NCBI RefSeq assembly: GCF_009914755.1
Contig: NC_060926.1
Direction: 5' to 3' (one strand)
Origin: the human T2T-CHM13v2.0 reference genome, Homo sapiens
Length of the DNA stretch: 64,000 nucleotides
The position numbers were made by a program, and so were the translations under genes. The notes beneath the pieces were generated by a model. That model did no database searches. It saw only the letters and a list, made by a program, of their open reading frames with translations, and had not been told where the DNA came from. This document shows, one piece after another, positions 26,756-41,928 of the stretch (its first letter is position 1; every line of letters begins with the position of its first letter).

Positions 26756-27391
26756 TAGGCTGTTTTCCCCTTCTGTCCTTTTCTGTTTTTCCTTTCTCTA
26801 TGATTTTCAAAAAGATACTCAGCATATTTAAAAATTTCATTTTAGGTCAACTATTGGCTTATAAATGATAATTCTCTATTTTTAAGTGGAAATTGTCATT
26901 GCATATACTACGTTTATCTTTTTTTATTCTTTATTCATTTCTTAATATCCACATTTATATTTAGTATCATTTTCCATTGATTGAAGAACTTCCTTTAACA
27001 TATTTTTAGCATAGGTCTAATGGTTATAAATTATTTCATCTTCTTTTGTAAAAATTTGTTTTACCTTTATTTTTGAATAATTTGGCTGTGTATAGAATTA
27101 CATTTTTATAATTATGTTCTGTCAACTTACTATAAATTTTTTATTTGTTTTTGTTTACCTTAAACATCTTTAAAGATGTTTTTCAATAATCTGGACTACA
27201 AAAATGTCTTTTTTGTTCTGCTATATAAAATGTTTCCTTCTTCTCTTAGTGGTTTATGATTTTTTTAAAAAATTACAGATATTTATCTATTTTATTATTG
27301 TGTGTTTTTTGTTATTTTCTTTGCATTTAGTCAGTAGAGCTCAGTGAGGTACTGAATCTCTGGGTTAACAGTTCACATATAAATTTGGAAA

Positions 27392-27720
<329 letters not shown>

Positions 27721-28148
27721 TCAAATATTTTTCTACTCCCTATGTCATTCAGAGACTTTATTTGCACATATATTAGAGTACTGGACATTGTTTTATTTAT
27801 CTAGAGTGTCTAATGTGCTTTTAATTCAAACCAGCTATTTAAGATTTTAGTTTTTATATTGAGAGGTCCTTTTAGCTTTTTTATATCTTCCATATTTCTC
27901 CTCATTATTTGCCTTTAAACACTTGAAGTTATAATTACTACCACAACATCTTTGTCTGCTAATCCTGTCATCATAAGATCTGGTTTTATTGAATAGTTTT
28001 TCTCTTGGCAATGAGTCACGTTTTCTTGCTTTTTGGAATGCCTGGTAATTTTTTGTGTAAATTTGATATTTAGAACTTTATCTTGTTGAATATCTGGGTT
28101 TTATTGACTTCATTCTAAGAGTTTCAATTTTATCCTGGCAGGCTGTCA

Positions 28149-28535
<387 letters not shown>

Positions 28536-29249
28536 AAAGCTCTGTAAAGGCAGTTCTTTAGTGGTAGTTAAGCTCCACCACTGTGGTGGTTTCCTTCTAT
28601 AGTCTGGATTGCATATGCCTGACGATCAACAAAAACTCTCCAGTCTGGGTGACTGAAAATTTAATGTTTCCCAACTTTGGGTAAAATTTAGAAACCATTC
28701 AACATAATATTTGCTGGTCATTGTTTATCCAACCCAATTGAGTTTTACTTGGCACATCGTAGTATTCAGCAATTACTCAAAAGGATCCTTATGCACATTT
28801 CTAGGGCTTAATGTCTGCATAGCTTCCTCTTCTCCTAACACTGTTCTACAAATCACAGACTCCTTAAATACCCTAATCACTATCTCTACAACCCTGTGGG
28901 TTAATTCTGTGCTTGGAGAATTCCACCCTCATCAGAGATCCAGAATGTGCAATGCCAGGGCAATACAGGGACTCAACTTGTTTGTTTGCTTTCTCTCAAC
29001 ATGAGAAAGCAGTGCTGTCCAATATCTGAAATTATTTTCTTGTTTTCTGGATGTTTTGTATCTGAAAATATTTGTCCATTTTTCTAGATGTTTTGGCAAG
29101 ATGTTCCTTATACAACATGTTTACCCTTCAGTTTTAGCAGATGAAGCTGCTTAAAAATTTTTAAAAATAAAAATTTTCATATTATTCTCTCATACATTTC
29201 TTCAAATTCTATCTGAAAAACAATATCTCTGATGACACCTGTTCTACTT

Positions 29250-29770
29250 TTCCAAGGGAATGATATTTTTATTCTTTCTAGTCATAGTCCCTCCTCATAT
29301 GCCATGGATCCAACGCCTTCACATGCTTTTAGAATGCCTCATTAATCGTGTCTTTCCAATCTTCATTTTTTATCTGCCTTTTGGATCTTTTTCCTAGGTC
29401 AACAAATGCAATTTTAAAAAAATCTTTAGCAATGATGCTTTTCCTTGAAGCATTTTATTTTCTTTAGCCAAATATCTTGACATAGTACTCTACCATAATT
29501 TCCATTTAGCATTTAGTATCCAACTAATGGCTATTTTATTTTCTACCTCAGTATGCCAAAAAATGGCTATAAATGAGGCCACTAAACAACAATTTAAAAT
29601 GACATGTGCTTAAATCTCATCCTAGTAAATGTATTTGAATTGTCTTACAGTATCTGTTCAAAATTCAGTTCTCTCTTAACCTCCTTAAAACCACATTTTT
29701 TTTTTTTTGTTTTTGATTCTGTCACTCCAGTAGTTCATTTTTGTTTCTTTTACTGGTCTCATTCACCAGT
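29250..29770 (+). mobile_element. Probable L2 fragment
   Basis: Weak L2-like pyrimidine-rich tract (ccatggatccaacgccttc...). Confidence 0.35.
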
Positions 29771-29899
29771 CTCAGAACAGAGATGTGCTATTTACCATAA
29801 ATCTGTGTGTTTATGTGTGTGTGGTGGATAGTGACAGAAGAAAATGTCAGTATAGAAAATGACTCATCTGACCAAAGTATACTACTAACACATTTTGGG

Positions 29900-30260
29900 C
29901 CACTGACCAACAATATCTTGTCAATCAGCCATGCTGTTGTACAATGTTAACAAGATTATAAAATGTATGACAGGAATTCAATGACCAAGAGCCAGAAAAT
30001 AATCTTTTTGTTGCACTTGGCATACTGCTATACTTATTGGAGTATGAAGTCTCTTATAATTTCTACATACTAAAAAAATTTGGAAAAATTAGAAACTAGT
30101 GAAATAGTAGCAACGCTGATATTTGAATAGTGTGAAGAAGACCGAATAGCTTGACTTTATTTTAGAAGACAATAAGTGATATAGTCTTTAGGTATGTTGA
30201 ATTATAAAAATAGAATATGTGCATTAGCTACAAGTATTTGTTAAGTATCCCAAATCTGTA
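29900..30260 (+). mobile_element. Possible L3/CR1 fragment
   Basis: Weak resemblance to the CR1 3' ORF region. Confidence 0.25.
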
Positions 30261-31389
30261 AGTCATGATCTTGGGGACTGTAAGAAGATGTAGCACTCTC
30301 ATCACTTTTGTCATTAAGTTTATCATCTAGTTAGACAATCTTTATAAACATAAAATATTAAGCACATTTATAAGAACATTTAATTACGGTTTACTGTAAC
30401 AATGCAAGCAGTATCATAAAGCAGAACAAAGTAAGTAGAGATAAAGCTGTTCAGAGAATAATGATGCTCTTTTATTCCCCAGCATCATCAGAGTAAGAAT
30501 AAGGCAAAATGGTTCAAGGTTTCTCCTCTCTTCCAAGGAAGTGGAATAATTGACTTTCACAATCTCCCTGATTTGAAAAACCATATTATAACGTGAATAG
30601 GTGATTTAAAAGGACAATCATCTGAACTGGGATGTGAGATTCTGAGGTACTCTTTAAGTATGCTAGGTAACTTCTTATCAACATTAGAGTAATAAATTTG
30701 CTAACATAATTAAACAAAAAAACAGACCTAGGTAAATATGTCATGAGGTCAACAAATTATGTGTGTATATTTGCTTACAGTTTCAGATTTAATGAGTCAC
30801 ATAAAAGAAATGAAAAGTAAGCCTAGGTATGAGATAGTTAGAAAGGCAAATTTGAGACTCCAATAGAATACAAGATCCTGGAACAGCAATCACTTTCAGT
30901 GACATATAAAGTAATATATACCTCTGAGGAAGAGTGTTAGAAAACTTCTCATTTCAGTTTTGGCTGTATACAGAAGCAGAGCCAGAGGCGTCATAGGAAG
31001 ACATACAATCAACAAGAGCAAGAAAATAAATTGCACAAAAATCAACCCAAATTGGCTGCAAATATTAAAATGATCAGATTCAAATCTTAGGTAGGCTTAT
31101 TAGTTTTTGAAAAAATAAAAAGAGTAGAGGATGAGGACATTTTTCATGCAGAGTGAAATTTTAAAAAGACTATCACAAAAAAGCAAGCATATTTATATAA
31201 TAACTCATTAGAAATGCAATGTTTTACTTTGAAGTTATAATCATAATTGAATTATACATTTTATATGAAAGTTAACATTTTAATTTAAGCATTTTTAAAA
31301 ATTGCAACCCAAAATAAGTAATAAAGGAATATACAAATAAATGATAGAATTGAATTTTTTAAAATTAGAATATCAGTAGTTTTTCTCAA

Positions 31390-31800
31390 TTGGGCTAAAC
31401 TATCCTGTCAGAAGATATAGATTGACAAGACTGTAAATGGCAATATTATAATTCTTATCTTAACATATGTTTTTGCCAGACACAGAAGGAAATATAGTGG
31501 TGTAGAAAAGCTACAAGCAGGGAAAAATTAACAACAACAAAAACAATGGTGGAACAATGCAAATAGATAAGTTGACACTGAAGAAAAAAAGTATTACTAG
31601 GGAAGAAGAGAGTAACTTCATCATAATAAAAAGTTTAAACACCAGTTTATAGTAAGTTATAACAATTCTACAGTTATATGCAGCCAATTTACAAAATATA
31701 TAAAATTGTATGCCTATAATTACATTAAATCAATTGTTTCAGTAATTGATAGATTCTTCAGGGAGAAACAATCGGTAAGAATACAGAAGTGACTTTCTGA
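31390..31800 (+). mobile_element. Ancient L1 ORF2 endonuclease-region fragment
   Basis: agagagtaacttcatcataataaaaagtt...ataacaattctacagttatatgcagcc...tcagtaattgataga. Confidence 0.5.
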
Positions 31801-33441
31801 TATTTAACTTTGTAGTTTTGTTGAGATGTAAAATTAGGGGTTTATACAAATGTTTTCAAGGGCTAGCCAACCACGTTGTGAATCTAATCATTTAGAAAAT
31901 GAAACACATATGCCACATTTTGCAAAATCTGCTGTGTCTATATTACTAAGTGAAATCAAGTTTACTCTAAAGCTAAGAGGAGAGCCATCCACTTAGTGTA
32001 ACCTTCTAGTAAGTGGTTTGATAAAGTAAAAATCTTTTTTATGAGCTAATTCATCATCTCCTAATTTATGCTTTAGGAGTTTGGATTTATTTAGAATGAG
32101 TTTCATTAAAATTAGCTGAAACCACAGTTCAATCTGTTAGAAAGTATTCCTACCATAGTAACTGACATCAAGTGTACTTTAATGAAACATGATCCCTGTG
32201 ACAGATTAAATAGACAATGCTTAATTTTTTCCAGATTCTGCCACAAAAATGACTGTATAGCATTGAGATATCCAGTAATTCAGGGACAATTACTTTATCA
32301 TAATTATTTCTTGCATTGCTCTGAAAAAGTGTGTCTGGTTGTCAAGCTGAATTTTTTTTTAGCACACCTGGAGGCCATCAATCGAAATTTCTGCTCTTCT
32401 GTGACAAGAGCATGGAGGTTAAGGTAGTGCTTTCTATAAGCAGACTGTCATTTTACTCCTTTCTGGTTGTTTGACATTGGATATGCATCTTAACCCCTCT
32501 ATGCTTTGTTCTTAACCCCTATATAACACATAGTTTTTTTCTCCAAAGCGAAGCTGATGATAATCTTGCTGTTATATTATAAAAGATAAAGAAATAAATA
32601 ATGTAATAAATAAAATGAAATGAAACAGATGTAATAAAAAAGAGATGAAACATTAAAAAAACAAAACAATGTGCCTTGTAAAAATGTACGCTGAAGTTGT
32701 ACCCATTTTTCTTTCATTATTGTCATCAGAATGATAATATAGTTCAATGTACCACAGTAGATACTGAAAACACATTACATACATCATCAAACTTTGGTCT
32801 TCATTGTCCTCTGAAGGGACAATTTCTCTATTTTTAAAGATTCTTAAGATATCAAAGAAAATTACAGACAAACGAGTCAGCCACCAAGGGAACAAAAGAT
32901 CAATGCCATACTCTGGTGCTTAGTGGCCTCAAAACATAGTGGTTTCCATCCAAATGTGGAGAGTTGATTATTTAATATCTTAATATGAATACATTATTTC
33001 ATTTGACTCTATAGATTTTTTTAATAAGTCCAATGATGCAAATTCTAGAATACATTATGGATTTCTCTATTTCAGACCAGTGACTTAATTCAATTAAGTT
33101 CAAATGAGCAAGTTCAGATTTACAATCATCAGTTTTGTTGTTAGATCTGGGTATCTGCAAAAGCCCATATCTGCTTTCTTGTGTCAGCAGAAGAACCCAG
33201 CGTTTGCAAAAAAACAGTAATAAACAATTTTTCTTTAAGATACTTGAATCAACCAAGTTATTTCTAAATAGTAACCACAATGGAGAGTAGACAATTTTCT
33301 CTTAAACTTTTTGTGAACTTTGATTTGTAAACTAGGCAGAATGTTTGATATTTAAAAGTCCAGGAAGCAAATTCTCATACATGCAGAATCACAACATGCC
33401 CAGGCTACACTTGGGGATATTGACTAGCATGCTTAAAGAAC

Positions 33442-33946
33442 TCTTGGGAAACAATTTTTCATGAATCTCTTATGTCTGTCTCCAGAACTTGGAAGAGAGG
33501 CAGTGGCTGCCTATAGTTGAGTGACATTTTAAAATACTTTACTATATTTGTATAGTAAACAGTCTTAGAAGACAGAAATAATGTATTTCTCCAAAGCTAA
33601 AGCCAGATTTGATTACAGCCTTGGAAGACAGAGATGGTGTCTCCCTCTGGGCAAAGGGCAGGTATGCTTACTGCCCGTTATAAAAGTTTTTATTTCTTAA
33701 TCTTGGGATTCGTCTTCTATAATGTAACTCATTGCATGTGTAGGTGTCGTTTGTCCCTCTTTTGAGTTGCCTTGTGAGAATTAGGGCATAGGAAACTGGC
33801 ACAAAAATACTGATAGTCTGATGCAATTTCTATGAGTGATATTCTCTCCTTCATCTCTGACTCATGGTTCTTTTGAAAGCCTGTTGCAGGCTAACTTGTT
33901 AGCTTGTAAGTAGGGTAAAGTCTCAGCCTTTTCACAGTTCTTAACA
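33442..33946 (+). mobile_element. LTR40a-like solo LTR (ERVL)
   Basis: cagccttggaagacagagatggtgtctccctctgggcaaagggcagg, ending gcaggctaacttgttagcttgtaagtagggtaaagtctcagccttttcacagttcttaaca. Confidence 0.8.
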
Positions 33947-34927
33947 AGAACAAGCTAGTTATGTTCTTGAAAAATTATAAAAAGGAAGCTATTCCTTAGC
34001 TTAAAGTTTGAAAAAAGATAAATTCCAACTTGTTATCACATAATAATATGCAACATATTTTAAGCTATATGCTAATAAAATTCAAAATAAGCCATTTCTA
34101 AAGTTGAATAATACAGATAGCATTAAAACACAAAAAAGAGTTATTACAAACATAAAGAACAAGAAATAGAATTAGTTCTTGGTAAACTTTATTTTAATCA
34201 GAGAAAGTTATAGTATAATATTTAATTATGCCAAATTCTGTTGGAGGGAGAAAGTAACTCTATAGAATTTTTACCAGGTAAAACCTATAGTATTTTTGCT
34301 CTTTCATTCAACAAGCATCTATTAATTGATTAATTCACTCAACCCTTTCCCTTCTCAGTGCACAGAAAATGTCATACACATATTGAAGCCTGGCAGTAGA
34401 ATAGATACTTTAGCTCACATGTGGTTTTATATTAGTTTTTCCCATGAAGAATAACTACTACTAATACTACATGCAATGATACAAAATTTACCGCCTGCTA
34501 CCAACACCTCTGGAGATACTGATGTTTCCAAATACAAACATTTATGAGAAGTTAATATACAAATACAATTTCATAAATTGAAAAATTCCAAGCATGTATA
34601 AATAGATAAGATCAATAACATCACAATAGTTATTCAAGTGGCTCATGAAACCTTTGCCAAAGTAGATCAGAAAAAAATTATCCTTTTACAATAAGTGAGA
34701 ACAATGGTAAAGAAAGTATAATATCAACAATCCATCCAACTGATGCTTTTCAAGCTCCTACTAAGCACATTTTATACAAGCTCTCTTTTAATAAAATGTA
34801 ATAAATCACACTGTAATAGTATATAGCTATATAGTGTAGACATAAAAATAAAATCAGACCCAAATAACTTTTGTTTGCAAAGTAATTATGCATTGTAATA
34901 GAGAAACGTTGAGGATTTATGATAAAA

Positions 34928-35310
34928 TTTATTCATTCAACAAGAATATTTGAGACCTACTATTTGTAAAGTACAGCTTTCAGCTTTGGGAAATACATTA
35001 ATAAATGAAAGAAATTCCCTTCCCTCGTTTATCTACATTCTAGTGTAGAAGACTGGTAATAAACAAATTACTTAAGAAAAGTGTATGTCTTATACAGTCA
35101 TATATCACTGTCATACCAGACAGTAATAATGAAAGAAGGAAAAAAATAGCATTAAGAAATGGGATAAAGATTGAAGTTTTGAGGAAAGGTGCTATTTCAT
35201 ACCAGTCAGTTACAGACTTCTGATAAAGGAACATTAGAAGATAGAACTGACTAACAAGGGTGAGAAACCCATGTAAATAATAGGGAAGGGTGTGCTAGTG
35301 AAGTAAACCA
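34928..35310 (-). mobile_element. L2 3' end
   Basis: ttcattcaacaagaatatttgagacctactat is a typical antisense L2 tail. Confidence 0.65.
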
Positions 35311-35639
35311 AGACAAACGATATATATATAAGGCCATGTAATGGTTTTGATTTTATTTAGCATGGCATGAAAGGATGAATAATGAACAAAGACTGTCAAT
35401 TGGCCAACATGGAAAAATTGTTGTCCCTGACAAGAGATTCATTGGATTTATGAGAAGGAAACTCCAAATAAACCTACAAAAATGCCTACAGGGGTTCCAT
35501 ATAATGCTAATCATTTCAATGTCACATTCTTTAACATTATTTGACATCTCTCCCTTTCTGAAAACCTCCAGTATTTCTTCTACTCTCTTCAACACTGCTG
35601 TTTATCTGCATAGTACCTCAACATAATTAACATTGTACA

Positions 35640-36020
35640 TCTGTCAGCCAACACGAATCTGAGTGCACATATTTTAACCTTCTCTCTGTTTAAATGAAGA
35701 AGCTGTGTCATGCGACTATCTAGAATCAAATCCTCCATTTTTGCAGCAGTATCTGTAGATAGGATCTATCCACACTCGCCTTCTCCAGGACCTTGTTCCT
35801 CCCTCATCTCACCTTTAGTGTAATTCTTTTACTTTCTACTTTATTATTCGCATTAATATTAAACACAGTATAGAGTACCAACATTTAAAATAAAGATCTC
35901 ATAATCTCATTCTAATCTCACTAATTTGCTCACCTTTACAGCATAACTCTTCATAAGAGTTGTCAATACTTACTCTTTCCTTTTCTCTCTGCCCATTCTC
36001 TCCTATATCTACTCTCATCA
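35640..36020 (+). mobile_element. L2 fragment
   Basis: cttctccaggaccttgttcc...cctttacagcataactcttcataagagttgtcaatact. Confidence 0.5.
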
Positions 36021-36713
36021 GTATATTATCAATTTTATATTTTTGTAAATGTAATATATACAGAAGAGAAGAAAAAATATTGTAAAATATGTTTATGAGC
36101 TTTAATACCAAATCTAAGAATAAAAACCTATTTAGATAAAAGTTGAGAAGAAAAAAAAAACTATTTAGAAAAAAAAAGAGAAACACTTGCATTATTGAAG
36201 CAAACAAACTGAAGACAAGCAAACAAAAAAATTGTTCATCAAGGTATCAGCTTTACACAGACATAATTTCCCTGATAATACTCACCACTTATCTATTTTA
36301 TATAATATTTTTTCAAAACCAAGGTTTTCAAAATGGTGATGATCTCATTTTTAATATGAACAGAGGACACAGAATGCAAACCTGAATGTTCGGCTTGTCT
36401 TTTTTGCTATTCCAATGCTTCCTTTTTTTATCACCCTCAAATTAATGAACAATAGAGTAGACTAAAGCAAGAGGTAAGTTCTCATTATTTTAAATTTATG
36501 CATTTGCATAATGACTGTAATTGCCGAATGAATATATTCACTTCATTGTTAATTATTTTTCTAAATGAAAGTAAAAAATTGACATGTAAAGAATCTTTCA
36601 GAGAAGTAGGCAGAGAAAAGATTTCTTTTCTGTTTCAGACATCCTCATCAAATGACTTCCTCCATACAGGCTCCATCTGCACTGCCTGTTTTCTACTAGG
36701 TTAAAACTCTCTC

Positions 36714-36738
36714 CAAAGGCCACATTTGACAGTGTGAC
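36714..36738 (+). repeat. 25-bp exact direct repeat, copy 1
   Basis: caaaggccacatttgacagtgtgac, also at 37458-37482. Confidence 0.95.
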
Positions 36739-37457
36739 TGCTAATGCCAAGTCAAGACAAGAAAATCAGGAAGGCTTTCTCTCTTTCTTGTAGACTGATG
36801 ACCTTTTTGAAACATATTACAAAATAGGATGCATTGAAGGAAGCATCTGGGGATTGCTCAGCATATATTTTGAAGCATTCACTTGCTTTATGCAGTAAGC
36901 AAGGGAAAATGTTACAGATTTTGCAGATATGCTGTTTTCAACTTGGGGAAATATTATAATAAAATCTGAAAAATTAAAATAAAAAGTAGTAACAGTATGA
37001 CATTGTTGATTTATTTACTTTCTAAACAAAGAGGTTCAGATGATTTTGATTTGACTTTTGATTACCAAAGGAAGCTTCTGCTGGAACAAAAAGTGTTGAT
37101 AGCAGAAATATGGGGTTTACCAAGCACTTTTCTTGAAATGCGATTTTGTTTATAAAATTTTATTTTTCTTTAGTAAGATCAGTAAGAACATAGATGCACC
37201 TTGGAATCAGCAAAGTGTTGTATAAGGCAAAGTTTAGATAATGTCTTGCCTTTATTTTGTCTAAAGCAAATCCAATATTTTTTAAAAGTTCAGCTAAACA
37301 TAAAGAAACAAATTATCTAATATTTCTCTAACAGCAGTTACATGTATTACATGTGGGTATATATGTATATGTGTGCAAATCTAATTTATTCTTTTTACTA
37401 TTTCATGGTGGTCTATAAACAGAGAGAAATTATAAGTGGTATATGAAGCATGGTGAT

Positions 37458-37482
37458 CAAAGGCCACATTTGACAGTGTGAC
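37458..37482 (+). repeat. 25-bp exact direct repeat, copy 2
   Basis: caaaggccacatttgacagtgtgac, identical to 36714-36738. Confidence 0.95.
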
Positions 37483-37589
37483 ATGTGGTATGAACAATTT
37501 CTGAGGGAATTTATTATAAATACAAACATATTTTGATTTTCACAATCTTTACTCACTAAAAAATAAAATAAATTGGATTGAATTTAAAT

Positions 37590-37744
37590 CAATTAAATTA
37601 AAATTTGAAATTCCATTTCTTAAATTCATTAGGTATATTTCAGTGGCTCAGTAATCCCCAATGGCTAGCAGCTAGCCTATTGAACAGTGCTTACTATACA
37701 ACATTTACATCATTGCAGGAAGTTAGTTCTATTGGATAGCACTA
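37590..37744. mobile_element. MER3-like hAT-Charlie fragment
   Basis: atttcagtggctcagta...tggctag...aacatttacatcattgcaggaag...ttctattggatagcact. Confidence 0.65.
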
Positions 37745-37999
37745 ATCTTTATTTCAAGCAGACCTTTTGATAAACTTTGCATTTATTTTTCTCCCTGCTG
37801 TTCTTTAACCTATAAGGGCACACTGCTGTGAGGTATACAAATGTCATATTTTTATTTAATTGAATACATTTTCATAATATAACCTTTCAAAACACTAGAT
37901 ATAAAAGCAAAATTTCCAAATCACATAAAAGACATCTGTGGAAAAGTCACAGCTATAACATATTTAATACTGAACTGTTCAATGACATCCAAACTAAGA

Positions 38000-38930
38000 T
38001 TTTGAATTTTGTTGAAAATGTTTTTGAATATTTGAGATGATCACTTGGTATTTCAACTTCACTTTGTTATTATGGTGAATTACTCAGATTATTTTGAATG
38101 TTAAATTAAACTTATATTCCTGAAGTTAACCTCATTTTGTTGTGATGTCTTGTTCTTATTTCTTTTACATATAACTCTACTCGATATGATAATAATGTTT
38201 AAGAATTAAGGAATCTATTTATATTAATGGTATTGGTCTATAATATTATTTTAATTCTACAGTCAAGTTTGATACCAGGGTTGTTAGCCTCATAAAATAA
38301 ATTGTGAAGTGTTACCTCCTTTATTTTCTAACAGATGCTGCACAGTATCATTATTATTATATTCTCATTAAAAGTTTGATAAAATTCTCCTGTGAATCCA
38401 TCTGAAGTTTTCTTTATAATAAAGTTTTTAATTATGAATTTAATTTACTCAGTAAATTAGGGCTATTCATATTTTATGTTTCTTCTGTCAGCTTTAGTAA
38501 AGTGTATCTTTCAAGGAATTATGTTTTGAATCTATTGGTATAACTTTAGTGTTTTACATTTATTATTATAAACTTGTTTATGATATTGGTTTTTTATCCT
38601 TTTAATATCCCTAGGCTATGTAGTGATAGCCGCTATTTAACTCCTCATAACAGTGTTTGTATTCATGCTGTCTCTCTCTCTCTCTCTCTCTTTCTTTCTC
38701 TCTCTGTCTTCTCTCTGTCGCCTCCCATCTCATTTTACTGTAAAATGTCCATTGAACATTTTGTCAGTTTTATTAATCTTTTAAAACATCAGGCTTTGGA
38801 TTGTTTTTGATTGATTTTCTTTTGTTTTTCTATTCATTGTTTTTCTCTTATATTTATTATGATTTCCTTCTACTTATTTTGAATTAATTTTTCTTCTCTT
38901 AGCTTCTTAACATTAAAATGTAGATCAGTT
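38000..38930 (-). mobile_element. Ancient L1ME-like ORF2 fragment with (CT)n at ~38670-38715
   Basis: tattggtctataat...tagcctcataaaataaattgtgaagtgtt...ctcctgtgaatccatctg. Confidence 0.7.
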
Positions 38931-40544
38931 TTTTATTAATTTCATTCATGTTAATATACAATAAGTCACTTTTTGATGTAAATTCTTATGATTTTGAAAA
39001 AGTCATATAGTGACATAACTACCACAATAATCAAGATATAAAGCAATTCCATCACCCCTCACAGTTCTCTCATATCACTGTAGTGACTCATCCCCATCCC
39101 CCATCCTTGCAATAACTGACCTTTAAATGTTCTATAATTATAATTATTTTTAGAATCTCTTATACACGGAATCAGACAGAATGTAATCTTTGATTCTTAC
39201 TTCTGTTTCTTAGCATAATGCATTTCATAATTACCCATCAGTTTGCCTATTGTAGTAGTTTGTGCATTTGTATTGCTGAGTACTAATCTGTTGCATGCAT
39301 CTATCAGAAATCCATTTAACTGATAAAAGACATGTGGATGGTTTCTAGTTTGGGCAACTTTGAATAAAATTACTGTGAACATACACATAAAGCTTTTTTT
39401 TTTAAAGTAAGTTTTCATTTATTTTGGGTAAATAACTGGGAATGGAATTGCTAAGCTATTAGTAGCTGTATGTTTAAATCTAAAACATTGCCAAACCCTT
39501 TTTCAAAGTGGCTATAAGATGTTGTTTACCGAAGAGCGATAAATAATAGTTACCTTTGCTCTACAGCCTTGCCAGCAGTTGATATTGTCAGGTTTTATTT
39601 TATGCTATTTATATTCATAATGCAAATCTTACTTGTCATCGGAATAGCTTTTTGGTGAAATATCTGCTCAACTGTTTTGTCTATTTTTTAATAGAGATAT
39701 TTTATTAACATCAAGTTTTCAATATTCTTCTAATTTTCTGGATAAGAGTTACCTAGCAGGTAAATGTTTGCAAATATCTTCTCCTGTTTTATGGCTTGTC
39801 ACAGAGCAAAAATATTTATCAACTTTTGATTTATCAGCTTTTAATAGATTGTGATTCAGTCATTGCCTAACTCTAATTCCAGTTTACAAAGATTTTATCC
39901 AGTATTTCCTTCTAGAAGTTTTATAACTTTACAACTTATATTTAGGATTTACACTTAACTCATTTTGAGTTAAGTTTGAGATGCAGTGTGAATTATGAAA
40001 TGAGGTTCATTTTTATGATATGGATGCCCTATTTTTTCAGCAACATTTGTTGAAAAGACTATCCTGTCTCCATTGATTCAGCTTTTCAACTTTGTCAAAA
40101 CTCATTTAAGCATGAACCTATTTCTGGGCTGTATTCTATACCATTGACCAATGTATCTTTCCTTTCCCCAGTGTTATACTGTCTTGATTGTTGTAATTTT
40201 TTATTAAGTATTAAACTTGAGTAATATAAATCCTTCAGCTTTATTCTCCTTTTCAGTTTATTTTAGCTTTTCTATTTGCTTTGTTATATTAATCTTAGAA
40301 TAAGCTTATTAATATCTACATAATATTCTGCTACAATTTTGAGTGGGATTGGGTTGATTCTTTTCATCCAGGATAGGATATATCTCTTTTCTTATTTGGT
40401 CATTCTTTGCCTTTTCTCATCATGGTTTGTAGTTTTCAGCATACAGATCCTACACATATTTGTTGTATTTTCACATAAGTATTTTGTGTTTGGTGGGTTA
40501 TTTAAATTATAATTATAATTATTACATTAGATAATTAAATGTGT

Positions 40545-40592
40545 ATGTATATGTGTGTGTATGTATGTAGATAGATAGACAGACAGACAGAC
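40545..40592. repeat. (TG)/(TAGA)/(CAGA) compound microsatellite
   Basis: gtgtgtgtatgtatgtagatagatagacagacagacagac. Confidence 0.85.
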
Positions 40593-41304
40593 AGTTGGGA
40601 CTCAGACAATAATACCTCAAATATGGTGTTCTGACATGCTGAACTAAAGAAGAAGCCTCAAGGTCTCTCTCTGACCTTCCCCCATCTCCTTGTCTTTCTG
40701 TTCCTCTTTTTTTGCCAACGCACTGGGAGAGGCTGCTTCTGGAAGTTTTCTTATTTGACGGAGAAAATGCCTAAAAGAGATACAATTGTCTTGTAACTCC
40801 CTCCCTAGAAATCTCATTAAATAACCAGGAAAGATTTACCATAGGACAAAAGACTAAAAATCTCTATGCCAAGGACACCATACGGAGACAGACTTCTCTT
40901 CTAGTCTTCTGAGCATGAGAGATTACCTGGAAGACTGTATGTACATAATAAGACAACCTCTGTTCTCAGTGTACCTGTCTCTCACCTATAATTTGTCCAC
41001 AAGCTATTGTCTGTCCTTGCAAGCCATTCATTGTCCAAAAGGCATCATTTGCAAACCACTGTCTGGTATTCAGGCTCATTCATTTATAGCACCCCCTCCC
41101 CACTTTCTTCTTCCCAGTGAAGGGGTAACTAAGTATCAACCATCTGGCCCTTTTTTGAGTTTTCATATTGTTTGTATGGCTCCTGTGGTTATGTGTATTA
41201 GTACATTTATTATGCTTTTCTGTTTTTAACCTGTCTTTTATTACAGGGGTGTTGGCCATAGCCTTTATAATGAGGAAATGGATCATCTCCTTTCTACCCC
41301 TATG
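40593..41304 (+). mobile_element. MER34/MER39/LTR48-group ERV1 solo LTR
   Basis: Starts gttgggactcagacaataatacctcaaatatgg...gacatgctgaactaaagaagaagcctcaaggtctctc and ends tttctacccctatg. Confidence 0.75.
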
Positions 41305-41928
41305 CATATATATGCATTTACCCACACACATTTACATTTACATTTCCAGTTGTCCAGGATTTTGTAATATTAGCCTTGTATTCTACACAATTTGTATTCT
41401 ACAAAATTAATCTTATCTAGTAGTTATTTTTATAAATTTCTCTATGTAGACAATAATATCTTTGTAGAGCCAATTATAGCCTTTCCTTTTCAATCATGAT
41501 GCTTTTATTACTTTTTCGTGCCTTAGTCTCCTTGCTAAGACTTCCATATGAGGTTGAATACAAATGAAGAGAGGGCATTCTTATTTCTGAACTCAGGGAG
41601 AAAGTATTTCATTCTTTTTTCTTTAAGTATAAAATAAGCTACAAGTTTATTTTGTAGACACACTTTTTCAATTTGAGAGCATTCAATTCCTAGTTGAGGG
41701 AATTTAGTTTCTAGTTCATTGAAAAATTTTGCCTTGAATATATCTTAAATAAAATAGTTTTCTTCATCTATTGAGATGAACGTGTTGGTCTTCTACTTCA
41801 CCCTTTTAATAAGATAACTTATAGTGATAGATTATTGAATATTAAACCAGCCTTATATTTCTGAGATAAACCTTACTTTGTCATGGTGTATGATTCTTTT
41901 ACATATATTGCTGTAGTTGTTTTACTAA

